DNA from: Welwitschia mirabilis
Taxonomy: Eukaryota
Direction of reading: 5' to 3'
DNA: 54,648 nt
Assembly: GCA_051453625.1 (NCBI GenBank)
Contig: JBOZIK010000001.1
Span: 23,330,051 to 23,384,698 of the forward strand
Below the pieces are notes generated by a model, which searched no databases, was not told the DNA's origin, and saw only the letters and a program-made list of their open reading frames with translations. Below, piece after piece: positions 51,193 through 54,648 of this stretch. A program made the translations under genes and the position numbers. The stretch's first letter is position 1, and each line of letters opens with the position of its first letter.

Positions 51193-54080
51193 GGTTTTTC
51201 CATCGGTCATCCACCTATGTTTGACAGGTCAAACTATGCTTATTGGAAAGCTAAAATGAGAATATTTCTTAGATCTTTAGATGCTAATATAGAGAAAGTC
51301 ATTTATAAAGATTACACCATGCCTATATTAACTTAGACTGATGTCAATGGTAATACTATCTTAGTTCCCAAAGCCCAAGATCAATGGGCCTTCACCAATA
51401 AGTNNNNNNNNNNGATTCCCATGCTCTTAATGCCATATTTTGTGTAGTCTGTGTAGATAAGTTTAAGTGCATAGTAAACTGTAATCATGCTAAGGAAGCT
51501 TGGGACATTTTTGAAGTAGCACACAAAGGAACTTCAATTGTCAAGCAAGCAAAACTTTAAATGCTTATTTTAAATTTGAAGATATCCATATGGATAAATA
51601 AGAGACCTTGCAGGAATTCTTTGTTAAACTCACTGATATCATAAACTCTATGGAAAGCCTTGAAGACTGCTTGGATNNNNNNNNNNNNNNNNNNNNNNNN
51701 NNNNNNNNNNNNNNNNNNNNNNNNNNNNNNNNNNNNNNNNNNNNNNNNNNNNNNNNNNNNNNNNNNNNNNNNNNNNGCTGTTAATGCCATATTTTGTGTA
51801 GTCTGTGTAGATAATTTTAAGTGCATAGTAAACTATAATAATGCTAAAAAAGCTTGGGACATTTTTGAAGTAGCACATAAAGAAAACTCAATTGTCAAGC
51901 AAGCAAAACTTTAGATGCTTATTTTAAATTTGAAGATATCCATATGGATAAAGAAGAGATATTGTAGGAATTCTTTGTTAAACTCACTGATATCATAAAC
52001 TCTATGAAAAGCCTTGNNNNNNNNNNNNNNNNNNNNNNNNNNNNNNNNNNNNNNNNNNNNNNNNNNNNNNNNNNNNNNNNNNNNNNNNNNNNNNNNNNNN
52101 NNNNNNNNNNNNNNNNNNNNNNNNNNNNNNNNNNNNNNNNNNNNNNNNNNNNNNNNNNNNNNNNNNNNNNNNNNNNNNNNNNNNNNNNNNNNNNNNNNNN
52201 NNNNNNNNNNNNNNNNNNNNNNNNNNNNNNNNNNNNNNNNNNNNNNNNNNNNNNNNNNNNNNNNNNNNNNNNNNNNNNNNNNNNNNNNNNNNNNNNNNNN
52301 NNNNNNNNNNNNNNNNNNNNNNNNNNNNNNNNNNNNNNNNNNNNNNNNNNNNNNNNNNNNNNNNNNNNNNNNNNNNNNNNNNNNNNNNNNNNNNNNNNNN
52401 NNNNNNNNNNNNNNNNNNNNNNNNNNNNNNNNNNNNNNAACACAAGAAGAGATAATAGGAAATCAAAGAATTCCTTTTTTATTATCACATGGGATAATGA
52501 TTATGATGATGATGAAAGCTATTCAGATCAAGAATCAAATAAAGATAGAAGGTTTTCTTTCATGGCTATTGTACCATCCCTCAAAAATGTTTCTAACATG
52601 TTAGAGCCTAATGATATAGACATGATTAATGAAGAAGGAGATGAGTTAAAAGATACATCTCAAGAGTTATANNNNNNNNNNNNNNNNNNNNNNNNNNNNN
52701 NNNNNNNNNNNNNNNNNNNNNNNNNNNNNNNNNNNNNNNNNNNNNNNNNNNNNNNNNNNNNNNNNNNNNNNNNNNNNNNNNNNNNNNNNNNNNNNNNNNN
52801 NNNNNNNNNNNNNNNNNNNNNNNNNNNNNNNNNNNNNNNNNNNNNNNNNNNNNNNNNNNNNNNNNNNNNNNNNNNNNNNNNNNNNNNNNNNNNNNNNNNN
52901 NNNNNNNNNNNNNNNNNNNNNNNNNNNNNNNNNNNNNNNNNNNNNNNNNNNNNNNNNNNNNNNNNNNNNNNNNNNNNNNNNNNNNNNNNNNNNNNNNNNN
53001 NNNNNNNNNNNNNNNNNNNNNNNNNNNNNNNNNNNNNNNNNNNNNNNNNNNNNNNNNNNNNNNNNNNNNNNNNNNNNNNNNNNNNNNNNNNNNNNNNNNN
53101 NNNNNNNNNNNNNNNNNNNNNNNNNNNNNNNNNNNNNNNNNNNNNNNNNNNNNNNNNNNNNNNNNNNNNNNNNNNNNNNNNNNNNNNNNNNNNNNNNNNN
53201 NNNNNNNNNNNNNNNNNNNNNNNNNNNNNNNNNNNNNNNNNNNNNNNNNNNNNNNNNNNNNNNNNNNNNNNNNNNNNNNNNNNNNNNNNNNNNNNNNNNN
53301 NNNNNNNNNNNNNNNNNNNNNNNNNNNNNNNNNNNNNNNNNNNNNNNNNNNNNNNNNNNNNNNNNNNNNNNNNNNNNNNNNNNNNNNNNNNNNNNNNNNN
53401 NNNNNNNNNNNNNNNNNNNNNNNNNNNNNNNNNNNNNNNNNNNNNNNNNNNNNNNNNNNNNNNNNNNNNNNNNNNNNNNNNNNNNNNNNNNNNNNNNNNN
53501 NNNNNNNNNNNNNNNNNNNNNNNNNNNNNNNNNNNNNNNNNNNNNNNNNNNNNNNNNNNNNNNNNNNNNNNNNNNNNNNNNNNNNNNNNNNNNNNNNNNN
53601 NNNNNNNNNNNNNNNNNNNNNNNNNNNNNNNNNNNNNNTAGATAGTGGATGCTCAAGGTATATGTCTGAAGAAAGATCAAAATTTTAGCATCTAAGGATT
53701 ATTAATTAAGGAAAAGTCATTTTTGGAAACAATGAAAAGATAAAGATAGAAGGTACATGATGCATCAAGAAAGGTAAGTTACCTCAACTTGAGGATGTGA
53801 TTTATATAAATGGTTTGAAATATAATTTATTAAGCATTAGTTAATTATGTAATAAAGGTTACAAAGTAATCTTTAAAAAATTAAAGTTGTAGATGAGAAA
53901 ATAAATGTTGCTATCTTTACTATAAAACTTGTAGATAATATCTATAAAATATATGCTTATTTGATCGATTAGTTAAATCATATAAAGTATGACATACAAA
54001 AAGGAAATCTTAGCTTAAATTTTGATAAATCTGAATGTTTTCTAAAAAACTTTGATGTAACACATTGTTTTTAGAATTTA
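51193..54080 (+). pseudogene. Decayed copia gag + protease + RNase H C-terminal remnant
   Basis: HPPMFDRSNYAYWKAKMRIFLRSLD; NAIFC..AKEAWDIFEVAHKGTSIVKQAKL; DSGCSRYM (53641); GLKYNLLSIS*LC; HIKYDIQKGNLSLNF (53979). Confidence 0.9.
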
Positions 54081-54446
54081 TTGTTAATCAAAAAAATGAA
54101 CTAAAGGTTCATTCACTATCCTCTGGCTAATTATAATATGATCAACTCGGTCTATGATTCAGTTGACTGGATGTGGTCGGTCNNNNNNNNNNNNNNNNNN
54201 NNNNNNNNNNNNNNNNNNNNNNNNNNNNNNNNNNNNNNNNNNNNNNNNNNNNNNNNNNNNNNNNNNNNNNNNNNNNNNNNNNNNNNNNNNNNNNNNNNNN
54301 NNNNNNNNNNNNNNNNNNNNNNNNNNNNNNNNNNNNNNNNNNNNNNNNNNNNNNNNNNNNNNNNNNNNNNNNNNNNNNNNNNNNNNNNNNNNNNNNNNNA
54401 TATATAGTTCTTTTATCTCAGATTTATTTCTTTTAAAGTCCTTAAA

Positions 54447-54648
54447 ATGGTTGAAAACTTGTCTAGGAGGAGAGTGAAGGAATTTCCTTCAAGGAATCCT
54501 GCTATTTTCTATCAGAAGATGTCTAAGGAAGATACAAAGAAGTTGTCAAAAATGTTTGAGAAGAAAATAGTGTGCCAAGAGTGGTCTATAGTAACATTAG
54601 AGCTTAGAGAGTTTAGGGAAGTCATTTAACTCCTGAGAAATCAAGATC
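54447..54648 (+). pseudogene. Start of the env-like extra ORF of the SIRE-like element
   Basis: Position after pol; KMFEKKIVCQEWSIVTLELREFREVI resembles the N-terminal pattern of these extra ORFs; in-frame stop at 54627-54629. Confidence 0.45.

Larger units (their letters stand above)
47613..54648 (+). mobile_element. Ty1/copia Sirevirus (SIRE)-like element, internally deleted, runs off the right edge
   Basis: LTR with palindromic repeats and C-rich 3' end, Met-type PBS, copia gag and protease motifs, env-like ORF. Confidence 0.85.

Noticed and set aside
52004..53680. Long ORFs in the track (545, 337, 217, 193 aa etc.)
   Set aside because: They are mostly N runs translated as X.
1..54648. 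Host genes, tRNA/rRNA genes, species assignment
   Set aside because: No supportable exon structure or RNA gene motif was seen, and the species cannot be determined without a database search.

Overview
AT-rich, CG-depleted, gap-riddled eukaryotic (almost certainly plant) heterochromatin-like DNA made almost entirely of old, nested, pseudogenised LTR retrotransposons. I see no host gene, RNA gene or CRISPR array. Left to right: (1) two divergently oriented LTRs of one Ty3/gypsy Athila-like family, one a solo LTR with a near-perfect TSD; (2) a ~10 kb pol-less Athila-like element D (6566-16597, -); (3) element A (-) with decayed pol, a duplicated integrase, and a long 3' region holding a decayed env-like ORF, a palindrome array and a possible antisense ORF; (4) two copies of one family, B (+) and C (-), lying tail-to-tail; (5) a Ty1/copia Sirevirus-like element with a palindrome-rich LTR, an INT/RT deletion and an env-like ORF. 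About 20 of the 100-N gaps are flanked by duplicated sequence differing by several percent, which suggests two diverged haplotypes or subgenomes stitched together. I cannot support a claim of a new biological system. The best leads are the A 3' module, the B/C inverted pair and the diverged-haplotype signal. All alignments and identities were judged by eye.
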